This document shows positions 20,547 to 30,750 of a DNA stretch of 64,000 nucleotides, in pieces. The stretch comes from Promethearchaeia archaeon (GTDB taxonomy: Archaea; Asgardarchaeota; Lokiarchaeia; Sigyniarchaeales; SOKP01), in NCBI GenBank assembly GCA_046483985.1, contig JAWOCD010000040.1, positions 32,001 to 96,000 of the forward strand, read 5' to 3'. Position 1 is the stretch's first letter; each line of letters opens with the position of its first letter. A program made the translations under genes and the position numbers. The notes under the pieces are model-generated. The model had not been told where the DNA came from, searched no databases, and worked only from the letters and a program-made list of their open reading frames with translations.

Positions 20547-22517
20547 TTAATAATATTTTCTCATTAACTTATCAAGTTGTCGTTCGTCAATTTGGAATAG
20601 TTTAAAAAATAGTTGATCTATGGCCCTTTTCAATTCGTCACAACTGAGAGACCCTCCAGTTTTTTCGATTCTTAGACCTTCTTTTAAAATTCCCCTCTTT
20701 TTGAGACTTCTTGCAATCGACTTTAGTTCTTTTTGGAAATCAAGGTTTGCGGAGGATTTTTGATTACTTTGACGAATTAACGTAGGGATTAGTTCAGAAA
20801 ATTTGCGTATTGCATTCATAATTATTAATTGGGTGGAATCTTTTGGTTTTTTCATGAACCTTTTTAATATAAAAGAAGGAATCGGGATGGAAGATTCTAG
20901 TTTGGTCTTGCTCCGTTTAATCTTTACATTTTTGGCCTTGAATAGGAAGCGCAAAATCTTCGAGTTGAGATAGGCAATCAATAGGAAATAGTCAATTTCC
21001 AACTCGGGAAACTTTTTCCAGATAAAATAGGTATCTGACGTAGCATAATATTGTTGGGATGAAAATCCAAATTCATTTGTATCTAAAATATATTTAAAGA
21101 ATATTTTCTTGTGGGAGTCATAATAAGACTCAAGATCAAGTAATTGAGAGGTGTCTTTACTATTTTTAACCCGAACAAATGCACCTCTTCGGGGAAAAAA
21201 AAGGTCTTCGGGATTTTCTTTCGCATTAAGCAGGGTTTTTTTAAGAGTATCCTCATATTGCGTGAGATATTTATGGAGTGTGGGATATTTTTTTTGGATT
21301 TCCCTAGAAAGTTTCTCCCCCGAAATGCCTTTAAATTCATTTTTATTGAAATAGATGGCAAATTTAGGACATTTTGAAGATTGATGCCCATATGAGACAA
21401 TTTCCTTGCTTTTATACAATTTTTTTATCCGCTGTCTTTCCTTTTTATTCAATTTTTCAAAGGAATCTCGGATTTTAATAAAGAATTGTCCATCTTCGAT
21501 TCGAATCTTTTTTCCTTCCTTTAATACAAAAATCTCATCACTAATGAAAATTAATCCATTACGTATCAAGAAAAAGTCTTTAAGATATTTAATTTCTCCA
21601 TCATGTCTACAATAGTTATAGATCTTTTGCACAATATCTTTAACTTTCGATGGATATAACAGGCTCCAACTTTCCGCAGGTTGCAAATCCTTATTTTTTG
21701 TAGCGGAAATATATTGATTGATTGAGGGAAGGTTCTTGTCATTCAAAAGAGAATGAAAAACGGTTTTGGTTGACCTATTGGTTTTGTTAATCGAAATTAT
21801 ATTAATTTTTTTACTCTTCCGAGGAGATTTTTTAACAGATTGCTTTTGAAGAACAAAAATACAGTTATGTTGACCTTGAGCATCTGGAAATATCTGCAAA
21901 TTCGAAAGATCAATATATTGAAGTAATAAACATTTATCAAGAATATGGGGTTTGAGATATTTGATGCCTGTTTTCTTAGATTTAGTAATCCAGTAATTTG
22001 TGGTAATAAAAGAAAGCAAGCCTCCCGGTTTTAGTTTCTCAATAGCCAAATGAATAAAATAATAAAAAATATCCATATTTCCCACAAAATATTTCTCACA
22101 AATCGAAAATTTCTTTTTGTATTCTTGAAATAAGTCAGCATTATAATTTTGGCCAAGATAGGGGGGATTTCCGATGATCATATCATATTTCTCATTAAGA
22201 GGTGCCCCTAAAAAATTCTTGAATTTGAAATGGACTTGGGGAAACTTCTGTCTGAGTTCTTCTTGTAACCGGGAATCCAACTCATAGGCAGTGATATGCT
22301 GAAAATTATTACCAAGTAAATATTTTAGAAATATTCCTCCCCCCGCAGCGGGTTCCAAAATGTGTGCCTCAGATATTTTTCTGGATAAGGGAAAACTTTC
22401 TTTCTCACTTTCATAAAATCCAATGAGGTTTTTTACCATAAATTCAGCAATATAAGCTGGAGTAAAAATTTGACCGATAGATACTTGACTGCGTTTATGT
22501 TGCTCATTAGCACACAT
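20547..22517 (-). CDS. Amino-DNA methyltransferase (N6-adenine type) with target-recognition region, apparently orphan
   Basis: GQIFTP, LEPAAGGGIF (motif I), IIGNPPY (motif IV); no adjacent endonuclease. Confidence 0.85.
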   Translation of the reverse strand: MCANEQHKRSQVSIGQIFTPAYIAEFMVKNLIGFYESEKESFPLSRKISEAHILEPAAGGGIFLKYLLGNNFQHITAYELDSRLQEELRQKFPQVHFKFKNFLGAPLNEKYDMIIGNPPYLGQNYNADLFQEYKKKFSICEKYFVGNMDIFYYFIHLAIEKLKPGGLLSFITTNYWITKSKKTGIKYLKPHILDKCLLLQYIDLSNLQIFPDAQGQHNCIFVLQKQSVKKSPRKSKKINIISINKTNRSTKTVFHSLLNDKNLPSINQYISATKNKDLQPAESWSLLYPSKVKDIVQKIYNYCRHDGEIKYLKDFFLIRNGLIFISDEIFVLKEGKKIRIEDGQFFIKIRDSFEKLNKKERQRIKKLYKSKEIVSYGHQSSKCPKFAIYFNKNEFKGISGEKLSREIQKKYPTLHKYLTQYEDTLKKTLLNAKENPEDLFFPRRGAFVRVKNSKDTSQLLDLESYYDSHKKIFFKYILDTNEFGFSSQQYYATSDTYFIWKKFPELEIDYFLLIAYLNSKILRFLFKAKNVKIKRSKTKLESSIPIPSFILKRFMKKPKDSTQLIIMNAIRKFSELIPTLIRQSNQKSSANLDFQKELKSIARSLKKRGILKEGLRIEKTGGSLSCDELKRAIDQLFFKLFQIDERQLDKLMRKYY

Positions 22518-22562
22518 TAAAAAAGATAATATTTTTGAGGTTAAATAATTTTATAATTAGCC

Positions 22563-25031
22563 TTAGCCGTTATTAATATATTCGGGAATTAACAAGATAA
22601 AGTTACTCCCTTTTGAATAGTCGTTTTTTACTCTATTTTCTACCCGAATATGGCCATTTAATTGATTGACAATCCTCTTCACTAAAGATAGGCCTAAACC
22701 CATTCCCTTTCCCGATTTTTGCTCAAATTTTCTCCTCTGAAATATTTTATCCTTGATCTCATCTTTAATGCCAATTCCATTATCAATAATCTCAATCTGG
22801 ATAAACTGAGTGCTCTCACGAGTTATTTTATGGACTTTTATGTTAATTTCAATTAATTTATTATCATTATGCCTTACAGCATTTATCAGAATATTTTCAA
22901 ACACATCTTGCAACATATTATTGGCCTTAACATATAAATCTTCATGAGAAAAAGAAGTGGTAATCTCTAGATTTTTTGATTTAAAACTTTTTTCGATATA
23001 ATTAATTGCATCAAACAATATATTTCTTAAATCAAATTTTCTTAACTTGATCTTTTCTTCTCTATTAAATTCCGTTAATTTGCGGACATTCGATACTAAT
23101 TTTGTACCCCTAACGATTTGCTCTTTGATTATATCCAAAAATATCGGAATCTTTTTTCTCTTTTCAGGACTTTTCATATAATTTTTACTTAAATCAACTG
23201 AAGTATTAATATTTTGTAAAATATTGCTTATATCGTGGGCAAATAGATCTTTGTATAACTGGGTATGATAATAGGATTCTTGATAACTTTTTTGAATTTT
23301 TCTTAGCTCGGTAATGTTTTTTCCGACTTCAACCGCACCGATCAATTCTCCTACTTCATTTTCAACGGGATAAGCTTTTAATTCCCAATATCGACCGTCA
23401 TAGGTTGTAGTTTCATCCATACACGGTTTTCCGGTATCCACAGCTCTTTCAACGGGACAATTTTCACATGGAGTCGGACGATTATTCCATATTTCATAAC
23501 ATTTTTTACCTTGTAATTCGGCTTTGGTATAATCTACAGAATCAGCTGCCGCAACATTTGTCCAAATAATGTTATGATCCAAGTCTTGGAATGCAATCAG
23601 TTCTGAAATACTCCTTAAGATAATCGACTTATCTCTTTCCGATTCTTTTAACTTCTGTCGAGCTCTCTTTTCAGCCGTTATGTCTAAAACGGAAATAAAG
23701 GTCGCAGGCTCATCTTCATATTGAATCGATTTAGAATAGACTTCCAACCATATTTCTTCCTTATCTTTGCTATAACTCTGAATGGTACAATGGTTTATAA
23801 CATTTGTATTAGAGTTTTGTTCTTTTAGTGTTTTTCCTTCAACAGAATCTCTATATCCTGGAGATGTATTTTCAATTATATCATCTAACGTCCATTTATG
23901 GAGCTTTTCTATATCATAACCCAGAATATCTCCCATTGTTTTATTAACGTATTTTACGTGGTTATCTTGCAAGATAAAGATCCCCATTAAAGAATGTTCG
24001 GTTAGATTTCGAAATTTTATTTCGGACTTTCTCAGCTGTTCGGTTCTCTGTTTAATTTTTTGCTCTAACTCGAGATTAAGGTTCTTAAGTTTTTGTTTAG
24101 ATTTTCTTAATTCCAATTCAATGTCATGTTGCTTTAAGGCATTTCCCACAATATCCGCGGTAATTTTTAGTAAATTTAATGCTGTTTTTTTCCATTTACG
24201 GGAGGAGATGTTATAATCAAATCCAATAAATCCAACCACGTTTTCGCCCTTATATACAGGAAGATACAAGATGGAATCGATATTTTGATGGGAAAATAAC
24301 TCCCTTTCGGCTGATGCTTCAGGCGGTAGATTATTGATGTTGGGATAATTAATAACCTCTCCCTTAGAGATCTTAGTAAAAGTCCATGAATAATCATCCA
24401 TAGGGATTTCTTGGAGGAAAGAGATTTGGGATGATATTCCCTCAGCACACCATTCATGAGTATTACTGAAAGTATTTTTCTCCTCATCCAACTGAAATAA
24501 GTAAGCACGACTCGCGTCTACAAATTTTCCAATCTTTCTCAAGGCAAAATTAATCTTTTCATCGAAATTTTTTAATTCTACAAATTTAGAAGAAATCTCG
24601 GACAAAATACTTTCAAGTTTTAATTTCTGATCCAATTTATGTGTCTTTTTTTTTAGTTCAGAAATGTTATGTAGATACATAATCACATACTTCGGTGGAA
24701 AATAGGTATATATTGCCCTAAAATATAGCCGCTCTTTAGAATCTTTTAGTTTATATTTGATTTTTTTTGAAATTTTTTTCTTTTTCTTATAAGCATTTCC
24801 CAAATCATCCACTATCTCTGGTTGATCTTCATAAAAAGAAGAAGCTGAAACGTCTGAAATGTCTGTGGAATCATATATCATGCCTGCCGAAAATTTATAT
24901 CCCGCTCGATTATATCCTGCCAAAATCAGATTTTGATCTTCTTTTTCCCAGATAAAAAAAGGATCAGGAAGATAATTAATCAATTGGGTGAATTTTTCCG
25001 GAATTTCCTGTTTTTCGTGTGAATGCTCCAA
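22563..25031 (-). CDS. PAS-GAF-PAS-PAS sensor histidine kinase
   Basis: GAF (NTHEWCAEG), PAS domains, FAHDISNILQ, ENILINAVRH, DNGIGI, GMGLGL. Confidence 0.92.
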   Translation of the reverse strand: MEHSHEKQEIPEKFTQLINYLPDPFFIWEKEDQNLILAGYNRAGYKFSAGMIYDSTDISDVSASSFYEDQPEIVDDLGNAYKKKKKISKKIKYKLKDSKERLYFRAIYTYFPPKYVIMYLHNISELKKKTHKLDQKLKLESILSEISSKFVELKNFDEKINFALRKIGKFVDASRAYLFQLDEEKNTFSNTHEWCAEGISSQISFLQEIPMDDYSWTFTKISKGEVINYPNINNLPPEASAERELFSHQNIDSILYLPVYKGENVVGFIGFDYNISSRKWKKTALNLLKITADIVGNALKQHDIELELRKSKQKLKNLNLELEQKIKQRTEQLRKSEIKFRNLTEHSLMGIFILQDNHVKYVNKTMGDILGYDIEKLHKWTLDDIIENTSPGYRDSVEGKTLKEQNSNTNVINHCTIQSYSKDKEEIWLEVYSKSIQYEDEPATFISVLDITAEKRARQKLKESERDKSIILRSISELIAFQDLDHNIIWTNVAAADSVDYTKAELQGKKCYEIWNNRPTPCENCPVERAVDTGKPCMDETTTYDGRYWELKAYPVENEVGELIGAVEVGKNITELRKIQKSYQESYYHTQLYKDLFAHDISNILQNINTSVDLSKNYMKSPEKRKKIPIFLDIIKEQIVRGTKLVSNVRKLTEFNREEKIKLRKFDLRNILFDAINYIEKSFKSKNLEITTSFSHEDLYVKANNMLQDVFENILINAVRHNDNKLIEINIKVHKITRESTQFIQIEIIDNGIGIKDEIKDKIFQRRKFEQKSGKGMGLGLSLVKRIVNQLNGHIRVENRVKNDYSKGSNFILLIPEYINNG

Positions 25032-25109
25032 GAAACCACAAAATTTTGGTTAAATGAATAGGGATTAGAAAAATATATCAAATATATATTATATATGTTA
25101 AAGAATTTC

Positions 25110-25389
25110 TTTTTATATTTTTGTTTAATTTGTTTACAAAAAATTAAATCCATCCCCAAAACGTTAGGGCTAAGTTGGATCCTTCTTTCTCCCTCAATAT
25201 TCGTTCTTGCTGGTTAAAAATGGCTTCTTTACGGTTATCATCAATTCCTTTTATATTGTCTCGAATTTCAATTCTTGCATACCCTTCCTCATCTTTCGTT
25301 ACTTCTGTGATTTTTATGAAAGTTTTGGCTTTTTAATGTTTGTTAAGCAATTTTTTTGCCCATTTTAATTGATCTTGGATGGTGCTCAA
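25110..25389 (-). pseudogene. Degenerate histidine-kinase HATPase_c remnant
   Basis: Hand translation ..KH*KAKTFIKITEVTKDEEGYARIEIRDNIKGIDDNRKEAIFNQ..LGMDLIFCKQI, with eroded DNGxGI and GMGL boxes and an in-frame stop. Confidence 0.55.
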
Positions 25390-25551
25390 ATTAGATCTTA
25401 CATTTTTATCTTTTTATGACTCAGAAAGCAGCATAAAGATTATATCGAGAGGAAATTGAATGATTTGGGAAATATTTCTAATGTCATGATTAAAAAAAGA
25501 AAAGAAAAAAACGTTGGATGCTTTCACCCGTTTAGATCATTTAGTTAAAAT

Positions 25552-26484
25552 TTATTCGCCTTTGATAATTTTCTCTAGATAAGGGAAAAATCTGGTGTAA
25601 TGGACTGCCATGCAATGGATACCGTCAATTAAATCCTTGCTTTTGAGCTCTGTAATAAATGGTTTAAAGTGCTTATAGTTCAGTTCGTCGTACATCTCCC
25701 TCTTCTTCTCTTTATTGGGGGCATTTTTCTTTACGTCTTTCCAACTCGCAAGGACCTCTTTTGGAACATCTACTCCAGGCACAAACATATCAAAACCTTT
25801 TGCAATACCATAAGATTTCATCGGAAAAATTCCAAGCATTATCGGCACATCATATTTTTTAATTTCTTTTAAAAATTCGATGGTTTTGTCGATATCATAG
25901 ACAACTTGTGTTTGAAAGAATTCTGCTCCTGCTTTTGCCTTTCTCTTGATTTTAAGCACTTCAGACATCATCGGATCTGCATTTGGATTCGCAGCCGCAC
26001 CAACATGAAGAGTGGGTGGATGTTCGATTTCTTCTCCATTTATCTTCCCAGTATCAACCATTTCTCTTACCATCTGAACAAGAGTAGCGGAATCTAAATC
26101 AAATACGGGTTTACATTCCGGCATATCTCCCATTGCAGGATGATCTCCGGTAAGTGACAGTACATTCCGAATTCCTAATGCATGTGCTCCCATAATCATT
26201 CCAGCAATGCCTAATCTATTACAATCTCGTACAGTTAATTGCCATACACATTCCAAACCCGTCTCATCTTGGATAATTTTTGTAGCTGCCATCGAATTAA
26301 TGGTGACAATGCCCAGCGGACTGTCGGTGACGTTCGCGGCAGTCACATATGGAGCCATTTCCTTTGCCTCTTCTACTGTATGGGAAAGATCGCATGTTTT
26401 CTCAGGTTCAAGTTCTCCAGTTAACACAAAATCTCCACTAGCTAATTTTTCTCCTAATTTTGAATATATTTTCTTATCTGACAT
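25552..26484 (-). CDS. metF: Methylenetetrahydrofolate reductase, copy 1
   Basis: GELEP, NVTDSP, QLTVRDCN, LTGDHP, FFQTQVVYD. Confidence 0.9.
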   Translation of the reverse strand: MSDKKIYSKLGEKLASGDFVLTGELEPEKTCDLSHTVEEAKEMAPYVTAANVTDSPLGIVTINSMAATKIIQDETGLECVWQLTVRDCNRLGIAGMIMGAHALGIRNVLSLTGDHPAMGDMPECKPVFDLDSATLVQMVREMVDTGKINGEEIEHPPTLHVGAAANPNADPMMSEVLKIKRKAKAGAEFFQTQVVYDIDKTIEFLKEIKKYDVPIMLGIFPMKSYGIAKGFDMFVPGVDVPKEVLASWKDVKKNAPNKEKKREMYDELNYKHFKPFITELKSKDLIDGIHCMAVHYTRFFPYLEKIIKGE

Positions 26485-26499
26485 TTGTCTAATTCACCT

Positions 26500-27180
26500 C
26501 TATCTAAATACAACCTCTTGCTGGTGCCCAGTATCTGACCAGTCTCGAGGTTCTCGTAGTTTTTCGAATAAATCTAACCTTCCTAAGGCTTTTAACCGCT
26601 CGAAAATTAGGACCCAGCCGCAATCTCGTTCGTAATCGTCCACTTCACACTTTCCTTCCACCATACCGCCGCATGGACCATTCATAAGTCCTTTTGCGCA
26701 CGTAGTAATAGGGCAGATGCCTCCCGTATAATTTAACAAACAGTCTCCGCAAGCTCCACACCGTTTATAAAAACGTCCGATTCGCTTAGTTTCCCCAATA
26801 AATTCTGTGTTATTGGTAATCAATACGGGAACATCAGCATAATCGGAATGTCTCTTCTGAAGCACATGGGTAATACTGGCAACCCCCAATCCGCAACTTA
26901 ACGTAAGAACCGCATCCATCTCAGGTAATATATCTCTGACCTTTCGAAGGTCTTTCATCATCACCCGATTGTCACAAACATCTTCGGCAACGATGGTGGT
27001 TAATACTTCATAGCCTTTTTCAGTGAGTTTTTCCTCCCACTCTTCAGCACCTTCGGTACCGCCAGTCTGGCAGAGTGCGGCACAAGTCCCGCAACTGACC
27101 AACAAAATCTTTTCTACGCCAAAATCTTCTAGCGCTTCAAAAACCTCTTCTTTAGGTTTTTTCGTGGTAATAACTACCAT
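26500..27180 (-). CDS. metV: MTHFR Fe-S/Zn subunit MetV, copy 1
   Basis: CGTCAALCQTGG, SCGLG, CGACGDC..GGICPITTCAKGLMNGPCGG..CEV..CGW. Confidence 0.9.
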   Translation of the reverse strand: MVVITTKKPKEEVFEALEDFGVEKILLVSCGTCAALCQTGGTEGAEEWEEKLTEKGYEVLTTIVAEDVCDNRVMMKDLRKVRDILPEMDAVLTLSCGLGVASITHVLQKRHSDYADVPVLITNNTEFIGETKRIGRFYKRCGACGDCLLNYTGGICPITTCAKGLMNGPCGGMVEGKCEVDDYERDCGWVLIFERLKALGRLDLFEKLREPRDWSDTGHQQEVVFR

Positions 27181-27671
27181 TTTTATTATACCTCTTTAAG
27201 TTATTTAATTATTTATGATAACATTTATTTTGTAGTTAGGAAAATTAATGAGAGAAATTAAGGTTAATCCTTACATATCATAAGTGAAATTATAGTAGAG
27301 CGATCTTGTCATCGTGAACATTTTCGCTTTTCAGATATACTTTCTCTTGATTATTGACGAAAATGATAGTTTGAGAGGCTTTTTTATGTCATTTTCAACA
27401 AAAGCATAAATCGAATATGAAAAGTTATAATATTTTTTGAATTGAAGAAAAATTTGGGTATTGTTCAATCAGATCAAAATAAAGACGAATAGGAATTAAT
27501 GATTGATGAATAATTAATAAAAAATTCAATACTCCTAAAAAGCTAGATTGAGATTTATAGATTCAAATCGATAATTTTAAATCCTAATGTCTATTATTTC
27601 TATGTGAGTCTTAATAATAAAACGATAAAGGAATACACAAAGAATTGGTGATTTAAATAGCTGTAACTTAC

Positions 27672-29354
27672 ATGAAGAAGCTGGAAGAAGAACCAAGATC
27701 ATATAAATCCCAGTTTACGCAATTAACAAAAGGTATAAACTTAAAAGCTCAAGAATGGATTTTATCGAAGGTCGATACCAACCAATCGATTCTGGAAGCG
27801 GGTTGTGGAACGGGTTTATTAGCACATAAACTAGCCCTTAAAGGAAATACGGTGAGGGCAATAGACAAGAACCCCAAAATGATAGAATTTGCTTCGGACA
27901 AATATCAGCAAGATAAGGAGAACAATCTTACATATCAAGTTGCTTCTATTGAAGATTTACCAGTTGATCAAAGATCACAAGATATCATCATCAGTACCTT
28001 TATGCTTTCGGAATTAAGGCCATTTGAACAGCAAACTTTTCTTCGGAACGCTTGGAAGGCTCTAAAAGAGGGGGGGAAACTAATCCTTGCTTCAGAATTT
28101 ATAGCCTCAGGTATATGGAAATTGGGCTTCAAGTTAAAAAGATGGAGATATAAAAAAAAATTAGAACGCCTTAAACTCCCCGCCACTCATCCCTTGGAAA
28201 ATTTTTACCAGTATTTAGAACCAATAGGGTTTAAAATTCTTAACGAAACCAAATGGAATCACGGCACTATCCATGTACTTGAATTACAGAAGACAATTAG
28301 AGGAGATCTGGATCAGAACGATGAGGAAGGATTATCTAAAAATAAACCAGGGTACTATCGTCCAGAATCCCTTAAATTTAAGGGATTAAGTTCACAGTTA
28401 AAAATCTACCGGTGTCTTTTTACGGGACAAATAGATAATGTGCCGATAGAACCTGGAATTTATCAATCTGGCAATCCTGATAAGGAATCACCAATCATAG
28501 TTACGGCAAACTATTACTACACCTATGCAAAGGTTATGCGCAACTTAGAAGGGATTGATGCTTGGGTTTTATGTGTTGATACAAATGGAATTAATGTGTG
28601 GTGTGCCGCTCGAGGGGGAGACTTCGGTAATCAGCAATTATTAGAAGCGATAAACGCCACCAATATTCAAGACCTAACAGACTCTCGTACCCTGATACTC
28701 CCTCAATTAGCCGCGGGAGGGGTTGCGTTACCCAAACTTCCTGAAGATCCAAAAGATTTTCCATTTTCCGTAGAATATGGTCCGATATGGTCCAAATATC
28801 TAAAAGAGTATCTCAAACAAGAAGGGGGGCAGAGAAAGACTCCCGAAATGAAACGAGCAAAATTTACGCTTTCCCATAGAATCAGGGCGGGAGTGACCCA
28901 TACCACCTTTCTATTCCGAAAAATCTTTGCAAAACCTCTGATAGTGATTTTTTTGGCTCTTTTCCTCCTTAACTACTTTAATTTTATAAATAGATTATGG
29001 TGGATGGGGGACCTCATTTTATGGCTTTTAATCCCCAATTTACTCATTCCAATCATATATCCCCTTTCCCAATTTACAAGAAAATTTATCTTTAAGGGAA
29101 CCTTATTTGGTACTATAAATATCTTCCTCTCGGGTTTTATCTCATGGGTAATGTATGGATCCTTACTGTATTCTGCACTTAATTCCATACTTTTTTTCTG
29201 GATAACTTTCTTCAGTACAATGTCCTTTAGCGGTTATACGATGTCAACAAACCCCCGAAAAATTCAAGAGGAATACTCAACATTCCGTAAAATCAACGTT
29301 ATTTTACTGTTATCAGCGATAATATTAACATTTTTAAGTTTAGTATTTATTTAA
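27672..29354 (+). CDS. Class I SAM methyltransferase fused to HgcA-like corrinoid domain and membrane anchor
   Basis: ILEAGCGTG motif I; PGIY..GNPDKESPIIVTANY; VDTNGINVWCAARGG cap helix (28593-28619); LILPQLAAGGV; several C-terminal TM helices. Possible ATA start at 27657. Confidence 0.85.
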   Translation: MKKLEEEPRSYKSQFTQLTKGINLKAQEWILSKVDTNQSILEAGCGTGLLAHKLALKGNTVRAIDKNPKMIEFASDKYQQDKENNLTYQVASIEDLPVDQRSQDIIISTFMLSELRPFEQQTFLRNAWKALKEGGKLILASEFIASGIWKLGFKLKRWRYKKKLERLKLPATHPLENFYQYLEPIGFKILNETKWNHGTIHVLELQKTIRGDLDQNDEEGLSKNKPGYYRPESLKFKGLSSQLKIYRCLFTGQIDNVPIEPGIYQSGNPDKESPIIVTANYYYTYAKVMRNLEGIDAWVLCVDTNGINVWCAARGGDFGNQQLLEAINATNIQDLTDSRTLILPQLAAGGVALPKLPEDPKDFPFSVEYGPIWSKYLKEYLKQEGGQRKTPEMKRAKFTLSHRIRAGVTHTTFLFRKIFAKPLIVIFLALFLLNYFNFINRLWWMGDLILWLLIPNLLIPIIYPLSQFTRKFIFKGTLFGTINIFLSGFISWVMYGSLLYSALNSILFFWITFFSTMSFSGYTMSTNPRKIQEEYSTFRKINVILLLSAIILTFLSLVFI

Positions 29355-29414
29355 TTAATGGAAATATCTAAAAGAAAGAAATAGAATATAATAATTAAAG
29401 AAAAATGGAAGTGT

Positions 29415-29762
29415 TTGAATGATATGATTCGAAATACAATAAATGACAAAGAGAATTCTAGTTGTTGTTCGTCTCCTAATATGGGAAATATTATGGGGGC
29501 ACTTGATATTCCGGTTTTTATTGATCCGTCAAAATGTGTAGGATGCGGTTTTTGTGAAGAATTATGCCCCTTTGGGCTTCCCAAAAATGACGGAAAGGGA
29601 AAATATTATGTGGAGGCCCCCGAAGAATGTGTTGAGTGCAGTGCATGTCAGCGAAACTGTCCTGCAGATGCAATCATCTTGGAGGAACAAAAAGGATGTG
29701 GGTGTTTATGGGATGCAAAAAACCGAATAAAGGAAAAGAATAATACATCTAAATGCTGTTAA
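29415..29762 (+). CDS. HgcB-like 2[4Fe-4S] ferredoxin
   Basis: CVGCGFCEELCP, CVECSACQRNCP, GCGC and terminal KCC, directly after the HgcA-like gene. Confidence 0.8.
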   Translation: MNDMIRNTINDKENSSCCSSPNMGNIMGALDIPVFIDPSKCVGCGFCEELCPFGLPKNDGKGKYYVEAPEECVECSACQRNCPADAIILEEQKGCGCLWDAKNRIKEKNNTSKCC

Positions 29763-29975
29763 CATAATGAGATTTCTCATAAAAATTCTCATTTGGATTC
29801 TTGTATAGCAAACTTGCAAAACGCAATTTGATCTTCCAAGAACTCAATAAACCTTTTCTTTTCGTCAGATTTCTCAACAGATTCTAACTTACTCAGTATT
29901 TCCTCTAGTTTTTGGACTACTCGTTTATTTTTAACAGGATTTTTCTTATCTCTTTATTTTTATCATTTGTCATTT

Positions 29976-30707
29976 TTACTCACCATATGATGATTCTGCC
30001 ATTCGCTCTGCCAATTCTTCTTTCAATTCTCGAATAAATCGGTTTAGTTCTTCACTTTGAGAAAGAAATTCTTCATTATGCAGCCCATTTATTAAAGAGA
30101 GAATATGAATTATGCCAGAAACCTCCTTATCACATGTGTGCCCGAACCGAGGTGCTCTGCATTCATGGCAGACACGGAGAGCAAAATCTTGGAGAGTTTC
30201 AACATCCAACTTCTTATTTTGTATAAACTTAGCACCTGCCTCTGAAGAGCCACAAGGAGAAACTCGTCTAATTTTTATAAACTTTACATCTCCATTATTA
30301 TCTACTTTAAGATCAAAATTAGGTTTTCCGAATTTCTCAGCAAAAGCGTCAATCTCTTGAATCCGCATATTGGGTTCTAATGAACACATTGTGCGCGGAC
30401 CGATTGATTTTGAATTTATATCTTTTACTTGCCTTAATAGACCTCTCCCAGGAGTTATCCCTAATATTAATGGTTTTTGAAGTTCTGCGATTTCTAATAT
30501 GATATCTGGGTGCCTAACATACACAACATATAAGTCACATTCTGGGATTTTTAAATCTAATCCATCATCAAGCATAATATTCGGTGAAATATCGGGAACT
30601 TCAATCCAGTTAGTGGAAAAAAATCTCTTAAAGTTTTCATAAGCTCTTTCCCCATATTTTCCATCTGTAATTAACCCAATAGTTATGACTCTATCTTCTT
30701 CATTCAT
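29976..30707 (-). CDS. DUF166-like conserved archaeal protein
   Basis: DGKYGERA, HPDI, MCSL, SPCGSS, CRAP..TC pattern recalled for this family. Confidence 0.6.
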   Translation of the reverse strand: MNEEDRVITIGLITDGKYGERAYENFKRFFSTNWIEVPDISPNIMLDDGLDLKIPECDLYVVYVRHPDIILEIAELQKPLILGITPGRGLLRQVKDINSKSIGPRTMCSLEPNMRIQEIDAFAEKFGKPNFDLKVDNNGDVKFIKIRRVSPCGSSEAGAKFIQNKKLDVETLQDFALRVCHECRAPRFGHTCDKEVSGIIHILSLINGLHNEEFLSQSEELNRFIRELKEELAERMAESSYGE

Positions 30708-30750
30708 TGTTTAAGCTCTGAGAAAAGGATTTAGATCAAAAATAAATTAG

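Noticed and set aside
27672-28290. Calling the MTase domain ArsM
   Set aside because: It lacks the multiple conserved catalytic cysteines of ArsM; its only Cys is in motif I.
27672-29762. Assigning gene symbols hgcA/hgcB and asserting mercury methylation
   Set aside because: The cap-helix and ferredoxin motifs deviate from consensus and the extra domain is atypical; function is untested.
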